A stretch of DNA of 64,000 nucleotides from a virus, in the IMG/VR virus record IMGVR_UViG_3300042332_000965, positions 2,396 to 66,395 of that record; one strand, 5' to 3'. A model generated the notes under the pieces. That model made no database searches. It had not been told where the DNA came from and worked only from the letters and a program-made list of their open reading frames with translations. The translations under genes and the position numbers were made by a program. Numbering within the stretch: position 1 is the stretch's first letter; every line of letters starts with the position of its first letter. Below are positions 48,455 through 57,335 of the stretch, in pieces.

Positions 48455-48519
48455 GAAAAGCCGAGTGGTTCCAGCCGCTCGGCTTTTCGCATTGTAGCAT
48501 AAACTAACAGTTTGTGCAA
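48455..48519 (-). promoter_or_regulatory. promoter and leader hairpin of HNH gene
   Basis: Minus strand TTGCAC-17-TACAAT, then GAAAAGCCGAG/CTCGGCTTTTC hairpin. Confidence 0.6.
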
Positions 48520-48527
48520 ATATCGGG

Positions 48528-49217
48528 TCACTTCTGCGTTTTAGCCCATTCTAATATCTCTTTAAGTCTGCGTGCCGAGCCCGCTCTAGCGGGCCAAGTC
48601 ACGCTTCGCTCTACGTCTTCTATGGGTGTATACCAAGCAGAACCCCCAGAAACCACCCCAACGATTTCATCGTTTAGCAGCACAGGTCCGCCGCTTTGAC
48701 CTGGAGAAACAACCGAGTCGCTGTGGATATAGTTCTCGTAAGCGAAGCTGACAATCCCAGAAGTTTTTAGCCAAGCTCCGTTGGCAAAGCCGAAAAAGTT
48801 AATCTGTAGTCCACTTGGTCGATACGAGAATCCTACCTTATCTACCTTGCTGTTCCGTTCCACGGAACCTAAGGGCATAGGTTTGAACTGCCTCTTGGTG
48901 CTGCAAAGCAGCACAGCTAGATCGGCTTTCTTGTCTACGGCTACTACCTTGGCATTCGGCATGTCCTTCACCGTATCGTTCTCCAGCGTGTAGACGCTGC
49001 CCTGAAACATATTGCCGCTGTCGGTTAAGACGACGTGGGCAGCGGTTCCAAGGTACGTCTTGTCGCCTACCTGTTCGAGCACGAAAGCCGTGCCCTGTGC
49101 TTGCTCCGGCGTTCGGATACGGAACACTCCGTTCTTGTCCGGATCGATCCCGAAAACGAGATTCCCCAGTAGGACTATGAAAAGTATAAATGCAGCTACA
49201 ACGAATAGTCGGTTCAT
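48528..49217 (-). CDS. secreted trypsin-like (S1) serine protease
   Basis: Signal peptide MNRLFVVAAF...; GTAAHV (His), DLAVL (Asp), GQSGGP (Ser). Confidence 0.88.
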   Translation of the reverse strand: MNRLFVVAAFILFIVLLGNLVFGIDPDKNGVFRIRTPEQAQGTAFVLEQVGDKTYLGTAAHVVLTDSGNMFQGSVYTLENDTVKDMPNAKVVAVDKKADLAVLLCSTKRQFKPMPLGSVERNSKVDKVGFSYRPSGLQINFFGFANGAWLKTSGIVSFAYENYIHSDSVVSPGQSGGPVLLNDEIVGVVSGGSAWYTPIEDVERSVTWPARAGSARRLKEILEWAKTQK

Positions 49218-49480
49218 TATTTCTTCTCTCCTGTTACTATTTCCGATATTTCCGATTCCACCGTATTCAGTAGGGTATTCCACCGCTGCCGGGCTTCTAG
49301 TGTGGTGTTATGAAATTGCCAATTCTCCCAAGTCTGCTGTACTCCTAGAAAACATAGGCCGGACATGGTAAACCCTATCATAGCCCATTCCCAAGTGCTA
49401 GCGAACAAACCAGCACCTATCCAAACCCCTGCCCCTATGAATCCACAGATCATCTGTGTCTTGTACATTTTGTCGTTCAT
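49217..49480 (-). CDS. small membrane protein
   Basis: Two TM-like segments; TAATG coupled to protease. Confidence 0.55.
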   Translation of the reverse strand: MNDKMYKTQMICGFIGAGVWIGAGLFASTWEWAMIGFTMSGLCFLGVQQTWENWQFHNTTLEARQRWNTLLNTVESEISEIVTGEKK

Positions 49481-49679
49481 GCCTAGTACCCCATATCTCC
49501 CAATTCTTGAAGTATATCCGTCTTTCGTTTCTTCCGAAAACGGTAAAGTCTTTCAGCCAAATCACCATGCTGTCGCATGGCATACATCATCAAATATGAT
49601 ATCAGAACATCTTCCGGCCAGTCGTAAGTTTTTGCGTACTGGCTGAAAGATTTTCGTATTTTTTCGTGAAACTCGTCAC

Positions 49680-51017
49680 TTAATCGTTGATTGCGTTCTC
49701 TAACAGAGTCATTAGCTTCAGGTTCGTGACTCGCTTCCCGTCCAGAATCGCTGCCTGGATCAGACCTTTCTCCTGGATCGCTTTGCATAGTTTCTCCTCG
49801 ATCGTATCTTTGGTTAGCAGGTATATGACTTCGTTCTCGCGAGTCTGCGAGATTCGGTCGGTACGACCGCTTAGCTGCTCGCAATCCCTTGGCGTCCAGG
49901 GTAGCTGTGCTACCACCGTCGTCTTAGCTGCTGTGAGCGTGATGCCTGCTCCCCCAGCTTTGATGTTGATGATAGCTAGCCGGACCTTCGGATCCGTCTG
50001 GAATGCCTCTACGTTAGCATCCCGCTTTTTGGCTGGAGTGCTGCCGTCGATTACCACTGACTCATGGGGCTCCGCAGCTCTGCGACGTACAACGTCGATG
50101 AACTGCTTATTGATCGCAAAGACGATCAGCTTCTCGCCGGGATTCTCCGCAAGGAATTTCCGAATCCACATGACTGTCCCTCTCGCTTTACAGCGAGCAC
50201 ACAGCATCATTAGATTAGATAATAGTTGGAGTTTGTCAATACCTTTCCGGCGAAACGCTGGGGGCGTTCTTACGGTCCCCACATACTGCTTGTGGAGAAT
50301 GTTATAGGTTTCGCGATTCTCCATATCCACGAATTCCATGCGAACGGTCTGCTTCGGTAGATTCAAGATGGATTTAGGGCGGCGAATCATAAACGGTTTA
50401 ATGCGTTCATGGAGTTCCTGGAGCTTAGTAGCTCCCTTGAACTGCCATCCAAATCGCTCATGGAATTCAGGCTGGCAATATCGCCATAGATATTCCCGCT
50501 CGTCCCCGAACATATCCGGACGGATCATGTTGAGTATGGGGTAGAAATCTGCTGGCATATTTGCGATGGGTGTCCCAGATAGTCCCATGACTCTGGGGCA
50601 GTGCTTCGCCAGAACCATAGCCGCCTGAGTCCACTTCGTGGCTTTGTTGGCCAGTTTATCACATTCATCGAATACGATGCACTTGTACTGATGCTCCAGG
50701 AGCCAAGGCTTCTGTGCATCCAGAATATCGTAGTTAAGGATCACCATGTCATGGTGCAAATCACCTTCGCACAAGGCTTCCCCTCGAATAATGACCGCCT
50801 TGCGGTCAGGTAGCTGCTGCTCGAATTCCTTTTTCCAGTGCCCCAGGACCGCTGGCGGACATACCACAAGGCAAGGCCACTGGTTTAGGTGCTCTAGGTA
50901 GAGAACAGTGGAGAGCGTTTTTCCGACCCCAGGAGGGTCAGCAACTAAGACTCTACCATCGTTCTTAATGAGAAAATCCCGAGCTTCTATTTGGTGGGGT
51001 TTGGGATCCTTACGCAT
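49680..51017 (-). CDS. SNF2/SMARCAL1-like helicase
   Basis: ADPPGVGKT, FDECD, LSGTP, RR.K, AGGAGITLT, WTP...Q..GR.DRI.Q. Confidence 0.9.
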   Translation of the reverse strand: MRKDPKPHQIEARDFLIKNDGRVLVADPPGVGKTLSTVLYLEHLNQWPCLVVCPPAVLGHWKKEFEQQLPDRKAVIIRGEALCEGDLHHDMVILNYDILDAQKPWLLEHQYKCIVFDECDKLANKATKWTQAAMVLAKHCPRVMGLSGTPIANMPADFYPILNMIRPDMFGDEREYLWRYCQPEFHERFGWQFKGATKLQELHERIKPFMIRRPKSILNLPKQTVRMEFVDMENRETYNILHKQYVGTVRTPPAFRRKGIDKLQLLSNLMMLCARCKARGTVMWIRKFLAENPGEKLIVFAINKQFIDVVRRRAAEPHESVVIDGSTPAKKRDANVEAFQTDPKVRLAIINIKAGGAGITLTAAKTTVVAQLPWTPRDCEQLSGRTDRISQTRENEVIYLLTKDTIEEKLCKAIQEKGLIQAAILDGKRVTNLKLMTLLENAIND

Positions 51018-51393
51018 TATCTTGCACCTGACAGAAAATGCTCCATTGCTCTAACTTACCGTCAGCTCTACTTATACCGAATCTAAAAGGATCCTTTGCC
51101 ATATAGGCGCAGAGATATCCTGTCTGCCATTCCTCCTTCTCCGTGTCTCTGCACCTACATCTAACCGGACCATTCTCAAGGTCGCTGGGGCGGGCGTCTC
51201 GCCATGTAGGTACCGGTCGCATCACTACGTATAGAAACTTAGATGTATAGGTCTTAGTCCACTTAGCGACTTCGGGCTGGAATACATCCAGGTCTAGGTA
51301 GTGATCGCCTTGCGATAACTCACGCACTTCTCCCGTGTACTCGAACCCTTCGAATTCCGGTAATGTCACTGTGGCCTTAACTGTCTTGTTCAT
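51010..51393 (-). CDS. paralogue family member (EGY/RxPxxG motif)
   Basis: FEGFEYTGEVRELSQGDHYL...WRDARPSD...CRCRD...WQTGYL...CQV. Confidence 0.65.
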   Translation of the reverse strand: MNKTVKATVTLPEFEGFEYTGEVRELSQGDHYLDLDVFQPEVAKWTKTYTSKFLYVVMRPVPTWRDARPSDLENGPVRCRCRDTEKEEWQTGYLCAYMAKDPFRFGISRADGKLEQWSIFCQVQDNA

Positions 51394-51721
51394 TAGTTTG
51401 TACCTCACATTGTCTATAGAATCGACCCTTAGCTGTTTTCCAGCCTGCTCCAGGTCGGTAACCGACCACTGTATCGTAGTCCCAACAATCGTATTGCGTC
51501 TGACGTAGCCTCGCTAAGCGAGGTTTATCGTCCCATTTACCGGGAGTCATCTTACGCCAAGATGCGGCTAGCCGCACGATGGCGACTGGTTGTGCCGTTG
51601 AGGTATATTCTCGACCTGTCCACTCGTGAACTGTGTTGGTGTCATGTAAGTACAGCTCCCCTGCGGTAGGATAGCCAATACGAACTAGATCATATTCCTC
51701 TGGAATTCCGGGGACATTCAT
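51377..51721 (-). CDS. paralogue family member (EGY/RxPxxG motif)
   Basis: IPEEYDLVRIGYPTAGELYL...WRK...ARLRQ...W...CEV. Confidence 0.6.
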   Translation of the reverse strand: MNVPGIPEEYDLVRIGYPTAGELYLHDTNTVHEWTGREYTSTAQPVAIVRLAASWRKMTPGKWDDKPRLARLRQTQYDCWDYDTVVGYRPGAGWKTAKGRFYRQCEVQTNEQDS

Positions 51722-51954
51722 TTACGTACTTCCTTCAGCATCTCCTCGATCGTATCACGAACAAGGTCGGCACCTGTCCCTGTAATTTGCTGCGTGGATA
51801 CGGTGCGGATTGCCGATAAGTTTAGGCTAGTGGTGTCCGACAGCGGACTCGTAGTAGCCAGTATAGCAATCTCCACGCCTACAGCATCGTCTGTTTTCGT
51901 GAAGGAAACGCTCTCGCCGTCCTTCAATTGCCTTAGTAGTTCTTTCAGTTGCAT
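51718..51954 (-). CDS. hypothetical protein
   Basis: GGAG RBS, tightly packed. Confidence 0.55.
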   Translation of the reverse strand: MQLKELLRQLKDGESVSFTKTDDAVGVEIAILATTSPLSDTTSLNLSAIRTVSTQQITGTGADLVRDTIEEMLKEVRK

Positions 51955-51957
51955 GTG

Positions 51958-52227
51958 TTACTCCGCTGTGCTTACTACGTGGTGAATGGTGTGGGTTTGG
52001 CCTTTGCCGTGGTGGACGATCTCTGGCCACTGCGTGTTCCCTCGGGCGTCTGTGTAGTAGACCCGAGTACCTTGATGACGGAAAGAGTAGACTTTCACCC
52101 CATCATGTTCGAATAGAAGCTCTACTTCGTAACTTGGGTTACTAGTGTATTGGATTGCTTGGGGTCGTGGTAGGTCACAACCTACGAGGACCAAGAGTAG
52201 TGCGGCTAGAATTACTGTTCTTTTCAT
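51958..52227 (-). CDS. phage lipoprotein
   Basis: Lipobox LVGC; YEVELLFEHDGVKVYSF motif. Confidence 0.7.
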   Translation of the reverse strand: MKRTVILAALLLVLVGCDLPRPQAIQYTSNPSYEVELLFEHDGVKVYSFRHQGTRVYYTDARGNTQWPEIVHHGKGQTHTIHHVVSTAE

Positions 52228-52701
52228 TTAGTTACCTACTAGTACGATTTTGTTTCTTTTGTGATACACTTTTTGGCGAATAGATTCAATGTCTTCCTGG
52301 ACTGCGGCGACTGGCCGCTTGACTCGCTTTGCGAGTGTTTTGATGGTAATCTTGTTTTGGCTCTGAATACTGTTAACCAGTTCAGTTTCGTCCCGGTCCA
52401 ACGTGAGGCGGCTTTGCTCGACGATGTTGATGTCTTTTTGTAGCAAAGCTGGGTGACGACCCAGCCTTCGACGTAGGCTAAACAGAAACGATCGCACCAT
52501 CCAGTAGGTGAATCTAGTGCGAGACGAACGGCTCGGATCGAACTTATGTCGGTGTTTTACGTAATAAAAGTAGAATTCTTGCATTAAATCTTCTGGTTCT
52601 AGACCTAAAACTGTGTTAATCCTGGCGGATTTGTGTAGAATTCCATAGATGAACTTGGCTTGTCCGTCAAAAGCATGGTCGATTTCAGCGGTGATTTGCA
52701 T
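52228..52701 (-). CDS. phage sigma70-family factor-like protein
   Basis: Region 2-like EPEDLMQE...KFDPSRS...FTYWMVR plus C-terminal HTH. Confidence 0.65.
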   Translation of the reverse strand: MQITAEIDHAFDGQAKFIYGILHKSARINTVLGLEPEDLMQEFYFYYVKHRHKFDPSRSSRTRFTYWMVRSFLFSLRRRLGRHPALLQKDINIVEQSRLTLDRDETELVNSIQSQNKITIKTLAKRVKRPVAAVQEDIESIRQKVYHKRNKIVLVGN

Positions 52702-52734
52702 AGCTTGCTCCGTTAAGTGATTTGTTACAGGAGT

Positions 52735-52763
52735 ATCTTACAGGATACTACACAAGCTGACAA
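52735..52763 (-). promoter_or_regulatory. promoter for leftward replication operon
   Basis: Minus strand TTGTCA-17-TAAGAT upstream of the sigma-like gene. Confidence 0.55.
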
Positions 52764-52793
52764 GTCCCTACAGCCGAAAAGGAAAAGTTTTCT

Positions 52794-53468
52794 ATGAGTA
52801 GAGTTCTTGTTTGCTCTTGTACGCATTGTCCAGCAATGCTTTCTCGGTTTCCTAAGTTCCTAGAGAAGGTTTGGAACGAGTACCGGTGTAACCGGTTTGT
52901 TCATTTGGGTGATTTGGTAGATAATGCTGCGATTAGTTACCATGAGAAGCACCCAGGGCTTTCAAGTGCCCCTGAAGAATACAAAGCAGCTAAAAAACAA
53001 ATCAAAGAAATCACAAGCCGCTTTCCCAAAGCGGATCTAATCCTAGGCAATCACGATGCCTTATCTACTAGACAAGCCGAAACGATTGGCTTACTCCCTG
53101 AATGGCTAAAAGATTTCAAGGAAATCTGGGAACTACCTAAAGCCTGGAAAGTACATGCTCGCTTCAGCGAGCTGGTTATCGACGATGTTCTCTACCTCCA
53201 CGGCGATAGCGGTAAAGGTGGGCAATTTGGGGCCGTTAAAACAGCCATGATGAAGTTCCAGTCTGTAGCGATGGGACATTTACACTCTGAATTCGGTACT
53301 TGGTACTTCGCTAACAGCGAACGAAAGATCTTTGGTACCAACGTAGGCTGTGGCGCGGACCACCACGCCCTTGCCTTCGAGTACGGACGTAAGTTTCAAA
53401 AGAAACCTATTGTCGGTTGTGCTGTTATACTAGATGGGTTCCCCATCAACATACCAATGGATCTCTAA
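52794..53468 (+). CDS. calcineurin-like metallophosphoesterase
   Basis: SCTH (variant DxH), HLGDLVD, GNHD, LHGD, GHLH. Confidence 0.8.
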   Translation: MSRVLVCSCTHCPAMLSRFPKFLEKVWNEYRCNRFVHLGDLVDNAAISYHEKHPGLSSAPEEYKAAKKQIKEITSRFPKADLILGNHDALSTRQAETIGLLPEWLKDFKEIWELPKAWKVHARFSELVIDDVLYLHGDSGKGGQFGAVKTAMMKFQSVAMGHLHSEFGTWYFANSERKIFGTNVGCGADHHALAFEYGRKFQKKPIVGCAVILDGFPINIPMDL

Positions 53469-53469
53469 T

Positions 53470-53775
53470 ATGCCTGTAAATGTGCTGTCTCGCCTAGCTG
53501 CTTACTATAGGCGTCGGTTTCCCGACCTGAAGTTTCGTATTGTACGGGCTAAGCTAGTCGAAGATTTCGCAACTACTCACGCAGACAACGGTAGATTCAT
53601 AATCACTCTCGATCGTAAGCTCCCGCAAGATGTGGCCTGCTTTATCCTAAGCCATGAATTGGCTCATGGGCTCTCTTGGCACATGGATACGGAAGAACAC
53701 GGGCCTGCATTTTGGGCAGCTTACCAAAAGACCTACGACGAATATCTGAAATTCCTGGCCACTCTGATACAATAG
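53470..53775 (+). CDS. small zincin (HExxH) metallopeptidase-like protein
   Basis: ILSHELAH...EHGPAFW. Confidence 0.7.
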   Translation: MPVNVLSRLAAYYRRRFPDLKFRIVRAKLVEDFATTHADNGRFIITLDRKLPQDVACFILSHELAHGLSWHMDTEEHGPAFWAAYQKTYDEYLKFLATLIQ

Positions 53776-53799
53776 CATTGTCCCCAACAGAAAGCATTT

Positions 53800-54456
53800 A
53801 TGGCACGCAAACGAAAAACTCCAGTGTCGCAAAACGAAACTACTTCGTTTCACGAAGCTCCTCGCAGGTTAAAGCTTAACGAAAGCCAACAAAGCCTATG
53901 GTATCTCGCAGATACACTACCTCTAGCTGTAGGCGTCGGACCCGCAGGAACGGGTAAGACGTATGCTGCTTTGGCTTGGGCTAAGGCTGCCTTGGATGCG
54001 AAACGCATCGAGCAGATCTGCTATATTCGCAGCCCTTTGGAGATGGGTCGATCGAAGCTTGGGTTTATCCCAGGATCTGCCCAAGAAAAGATGCAGCCGT
54101 ATTTGGCTCCGCTACATGCTATAGCCAAGGAACTCGGGATTCATCCGGATTGCCTCAACACGTTTCCATTGCCTTATATCCAAGGCATGACGTTCTCCAA
54201 GGCTTGTGTGATCTTAGACGAAGCCCAGAACCTCTGTATTGAGGAGTTCCGAGCTTTAGTGACTCGGCTAGGCCGAGATAGCTCGCTGATTATCCTAGGT
54301 GACCCGGAACAAGATACCAGAGGGATGGGCGGCCTGCCGGTCTTCCTGAGGGCCGTAAACGGCCTTCCTAGCGTAGGCATCCAAGTGTTTGACGCTAAGG
54401 ACAACATGCGTCACCCTGTGATTATAGAGGTGCTTACAGCACTCAGAGGGCTTTAG
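53800..54456 (+). CDS. phoH: PhoH-like ATPase
   Basis: GPAGTGKT, LGFIPG, QGMTF, ILDEAQN, TRLG, GDPEQ, RHP. Confidence 0.92.
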   Translation: MARKRKTPVSQNETTSFHEAPRRLKLNESQQSLWYLADTLPLAVGVGPAGTGKTYAALAWAKAALDAKRIEQICYIRSPLEMGRSKLGFIPGSAQEKMQPYLAPLHAIAKELGIHPDCLNTFPLPYIQGMTFSKACVILDEAQNLCIEEFRALVTRLGRDSSLIILGDPEQDTRGMGGLPVFLRAVNGLPSVGIQVFDAKDNMRHPVIIEVLTALRGL

Positions 54457-54809
54457 GCTGGCGGAATATCCTCCCATCGGGGTTCGCCGATCAATTTGAC
54501 GGTTATACCGTCCTCTGCCCACTCCGTAATCACAACATCCTGTACATAGCGTCGGTCCCCGACGACCACGCTAACGGACGAAAAGCCGTGCCACCCTTTA
54601 CTGATTGACATAAACAGATCCGGCTGCGGCACATACTTCACCGTAGCTGTAGCCTCTATAACATCGGGCATGTATGTTTTCCAGGGGCGATTAGCCCACA
54701 CCGGGCCGTTGGCTTCTGTAGGTTTGTGGGCTACTTCAACATTGGAACAAGTTACGTTCTGGATCTCGTAACTCTTACCATTACCTAGACGGATAGTGGC
54801 TCTACTCAT
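54453..54809 (-). CDS. hypothetical protein
   Basis: AAGGA RBS before MSRATI. Confidence 0.55.
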   Translation of the reverse strand: MSRATIRLGNGKSYEIQNVTCSNVEVAHKPTEANGPVWANRPWKTYMPDVIEATATVKYVPQPDLFMSISKGWHGFSSVSVVVGDRRYVQDVVITEWAEDGITVKLIGEPRWEDIPPA

Positions 54810-54810
54810 T

Positions 54811-55197
54811 TCAATTTCCTTTAGGTAATAGTAATCTAAACTTAGGATCGAGAACCTTTTGATCTCGTCTTTCAGGATCATACGTTGTTTCTGTCTCGCG
54901 GTAAAGATCCGAATAGACCTTTATCTGCCCTTTTCTATTTGGAAGCACTGCTTCCCACTGACCGCCTGCGGTCTTATATGGAATGCCGATCGAATTCATA
55001 TCGGTAAGCATGTACCATTCACGGACAATAAACTTGTTCTCGGCTGGGAGCTTTTCCCACAGGATCACCTGCGAGAACTTAGGCTTCCCATCCTTTGCGT
55101 CGTAAACGACGTTGTGCTCGATCATATCCACTGGGGTCCGTTTCGGACCCAATGTCAGCGGAACGCTGGCCAGGAGTAGTATAGCTAGGAATTTCAT
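54811..55197 (-). CDS. secreted hypothetical protein
   Basis: Signal peptide; VDMIEHN, QVILW, ETTYDPE. Confidence 0.6.
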   Translation of the reverse strand: MKFLAILLLASVPLTLGPKRTPVDMIEHNVVYDAKDGKPKFSQVILWEKLPAENKFIVREWYMLTDMNSIGIPYKTAGGQWEAVLPNRKGQIKVYSDLYRETETTYDPERRDQKVLDPKFRLLLPKGN

Positions 55198-55658
55198 TCT
55201 TTCTTTCCCTTAGTTCTCGCCTCTCGGCGAGCTTTGATTTGTTGTTCGGTTAGGCCCTGGAACAGGGCAATGCTGTTTCCTAGCACCTTGATGAACTGGG
55301 CTAGATCTCCGTAGCCTACAATCCGTAATACTGGGAGCCCCGTAGGGCTCAGTAGATACCACTCCTCGACCAAGGTTCGCTTAGAAATCATAAGGGCTTG
55401 CAGCCCTGTAGATTGTTCGATCTCTTGGATGAACTTAGGCTTATGTCTGCTTGGGGCCGGAGGGCGGCCATTAGGTAGAGGTTTCCGATAGTTCCGCAAA
55501 GCTTCTCGAATCAAAGGCAGGCTGTAACCTGTAAGCTCCCGGACCTTTTCGTAGGTCATGTCGGTACCTAAGGAACTAGCTGCTGCCTTGATTTCTTGTT
55601 TAGCTTTCTTGCTGGGAAGCAAGCTAGCTTTGACTCTCGGTTTCGGATTCCCCGGCAT
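55194..55658 (-). CDS. HTH-containing protein
   Basis: MTYEKVRELTGYSLPLIREAL helix-turn-helix pattern. Confidence 0.55.
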   Translation of the reverse strand: MPGNPKPRVKASLLPSKKAKQEIKAAASSLGTDMTYEKVRELTGYSLPLIREALRNYRKPLPNGRPPAPSRHKPKFIQEIEQSTGLQALMISKRTLVEEWYLLSPTGLPVLRIVGYGDLAQFIKVLGNSIALFQGLTEQQIKARREARTKGKKE

Positions 55659-55896
55659 CTGGAACTTGTCCTGCTACGTGTACAACCAATTGATGGATCG
55701 GCTCGCCCCATTCAGTCAAAGGGAGATTCCTGTCGGACTGCTCCGTAAATGGACGGCAATCTTCATTGCAGTGCGGACAACCTACGCTCGAAGGGCTGAG
55801 GTAGTCTCGGGTGGTTTCTTCCCACTGGCAACCACAGTTGTCGCAGTGGAACTCTTGCCAACCGTGTCGTTCTGTATTTGGCTTTGGCCTTGACAT
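55624..55896 (-). CDS. zinc-ribbon protein
   Basis: CDNCG...CPHC. Confidence 0.6.
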   Translation of the reverse strand: MSRPKPNTERHGWQEFHCDNCGCQWEETTRDYLSPSSVGCPHCNEDCRPFTEQSDRNLPLTEWGEPIHQLVVHVAGQVPDAGESETESQS

Positions 55897-55897
55897 T

Positions 55898-56734
55898 CTA
55901 AACTCCTACCCATGACGAGGGCATCATACCGGGGGGACTGTAATCGCGGAACCAACGCTTAGGGAACACCGTATTGGTGTTATTGTAGCTCATAGCCCGC
56001 AGTCGCCCTAACCAGCTAAAGCTGGAATTGGCGATAGCGAAGTAGGGCTGGAATGCCATACTATACAACTGGGCCGCATCACCGTCAACATAGTCTTCAG
56101 CATAAATCACATTATCTAGTCCCAGCTTGGGAACCAGCTCTGTCGAACACCAAATGGTGTCGTCACTGTAGACGACCAGTTGGGTATCGTCTTTTTGAAG
56201 CACGTTACGGCTCATTAGGAGCGATATTGCTTCCTGGTAGTATTCCACACCCAGTACGCCGTGGAACGCTAGAGCGTTGGGGTTAAGGTAGTCCGATCGA
56301 CGGATGTGGATGCCGATGTTATGTTCGTATTTATCCATAGCACCCAGTAGATGCCCGATCGGATTGTTACCGACGCTTGTAGGCAGCATAAAGATGTGTC
56401 GAAGCTCCCAGAAATCAGGTAAGGCTGAAAGCCTTTGGAAGTAGCCTTGGATTCTGTAGTCTTTACCGTCGTTGGGTACGGAATCTACTTCGCCGGAGAG
56501 GGGTGTAACCCCTGCTGGCGTTTCGTCTACCGTCTCTGCTGGATGCAGGAGCAAGGTATTCAGGGTGAACTGCCTCGGTGTGATACCGGAATTAGGATCT
56601 TGGTGGGCATTGAGAAAGCTGAGATCGCATACAACTCTTGCTATATTCGGCTTAGCTAGCTTGATAGCTGCTGCATATTGGCAGGCTTGGTTGGCTAGGC
56701 CGCCCATAAGCGTGACGTAGATGGTTTGTCTCAC
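55898..56734 (-). CDS. GT11 alpha-1,2-fucosyltransferase-like protein
   Basis: GGLANQ, GYFQ, IHIRRSDY, YSDD, ANSSFSW, PKRW; GTG start overlapping upstream stop. Confidence 0.85.
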   Translation of the reverse strand: MRQTIYVTLMGGLANQACQYAAAIKLAKPNIARVVCDLSFLNAHQDPNSGITPRQFTLNTLLLHPAETVDETPAGVTPLSGEVDSVPNDGKDYRIQGYFQRLSALPDFWELRHIFMLPTSVGNNPIGHLLGAMDKYEHNIGIHIRRSDYLNPNALAFHGVLGVEYYQEAISLLMSRNVLQKDDTQLVVYSDDTIWCSTELVPKLGLDNVIYAEDYVDGDAAQLYSMAFQPYFAIANSSFSWLGRLRAMSYNNTNTVFPKRWFRDYSPPGMMPSSWVGV

Positions 56735-57135
56735 TTTGTTACCTCTGCAATCTTCTCTAGGATCACTACCCTCGGTGCAACCGAGACTTTGATTAGGTCT
56801 TTGCCACTTACGCAGGTAAGTGAAAGACCTAGCACACAAAAGAAAACAGCCCATAGGAAAGAGAAGACCATAGCGTGAATCCACCCACTTTCGCTGTTGT
56901 GCTTCTCTTTTTCTAGCTCCTTAGCAGAGTAGTGGCAAGCTTTTAGTAGCAAAACCCCTATCCCGAAGATAAACATCCAGAAAATTACAGCTATCATACT
57001 GTTCCACCAGTACCAACTAAGGTACTCCGTGACTACTAAGGGTATCTCAGCCTCTACAAATGCAGCTCCCCGCTCTAAGCGATCAGCACCGGCTTCCAAA
57101 TACTTTAGCAGCAGTTCTTTTGTTTTTTCGTCCAT
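56731..57135 (-). CDS. membrane protein
   Basis: Start MDEKTK after GAGGA; two TM helices. Confidence 0.65.
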   Translation of the reverse strand: MDEKTKELLLKYLEAGADRLERGAAFVEAEIPLVVTEYLSWYWWNSMIAVIFWMFIFGIGVLLLKACHYSAKELEKEKHNSESGWIHAMVFSFLWAVFFCVLGLSLTCVSGKDLIKVSVAPRVVILEKIAEVTK

Positions 57136-57160
57136 TGGATCCTCTAGAAAGTTAAAGATA

Positions 57161-57223
57161 GCCCCCAACCACACATAAATCCTGGAACTTGCACCTTACT
57201 GGGATTAGCTGTGGGTTGGGGGC
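57161..57223 (-). ncRNA. 63-nt intergenic hairpin RNA candidate
   Basis: GCCCCCAACC/GGTTGGGGGC terminal stem with further inner pairing; directly 3' of tRNA-like element. Confidence 0.4.
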
Positions 57224-57225
57224 AG

Positions 57226-57328
57226 TGGATAGGGCGGGTACCGCCCCCGCAAGTCACATGATCCGTCGCTGTATCGGACCTTTTGCACTAATGCCGTGTA
57301 ACCGGCCCTGGCTTTCGCCGCCTATCCA
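57226..57328 (-). ncRNA. tRNA-like RNA with branched central arm
   Basis: Acceptor TGGATAGG/CCTATCCA, GGC-GAAA-GCC, GTTACA/TGTGAC arm enclosing two hairpins, T-like arm GCGGG-GGCGGTA-CCCGC. Confidence 0.5.
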
Positions 57329-57335
57329 GGGTCGG

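Noticed and set aside
49483-49884. ORF 49483..49884 as annotated
   Set aside because: The first half overlaps the SNF2 gene, and no clear start codon was found for the plausible last ~65 codons.
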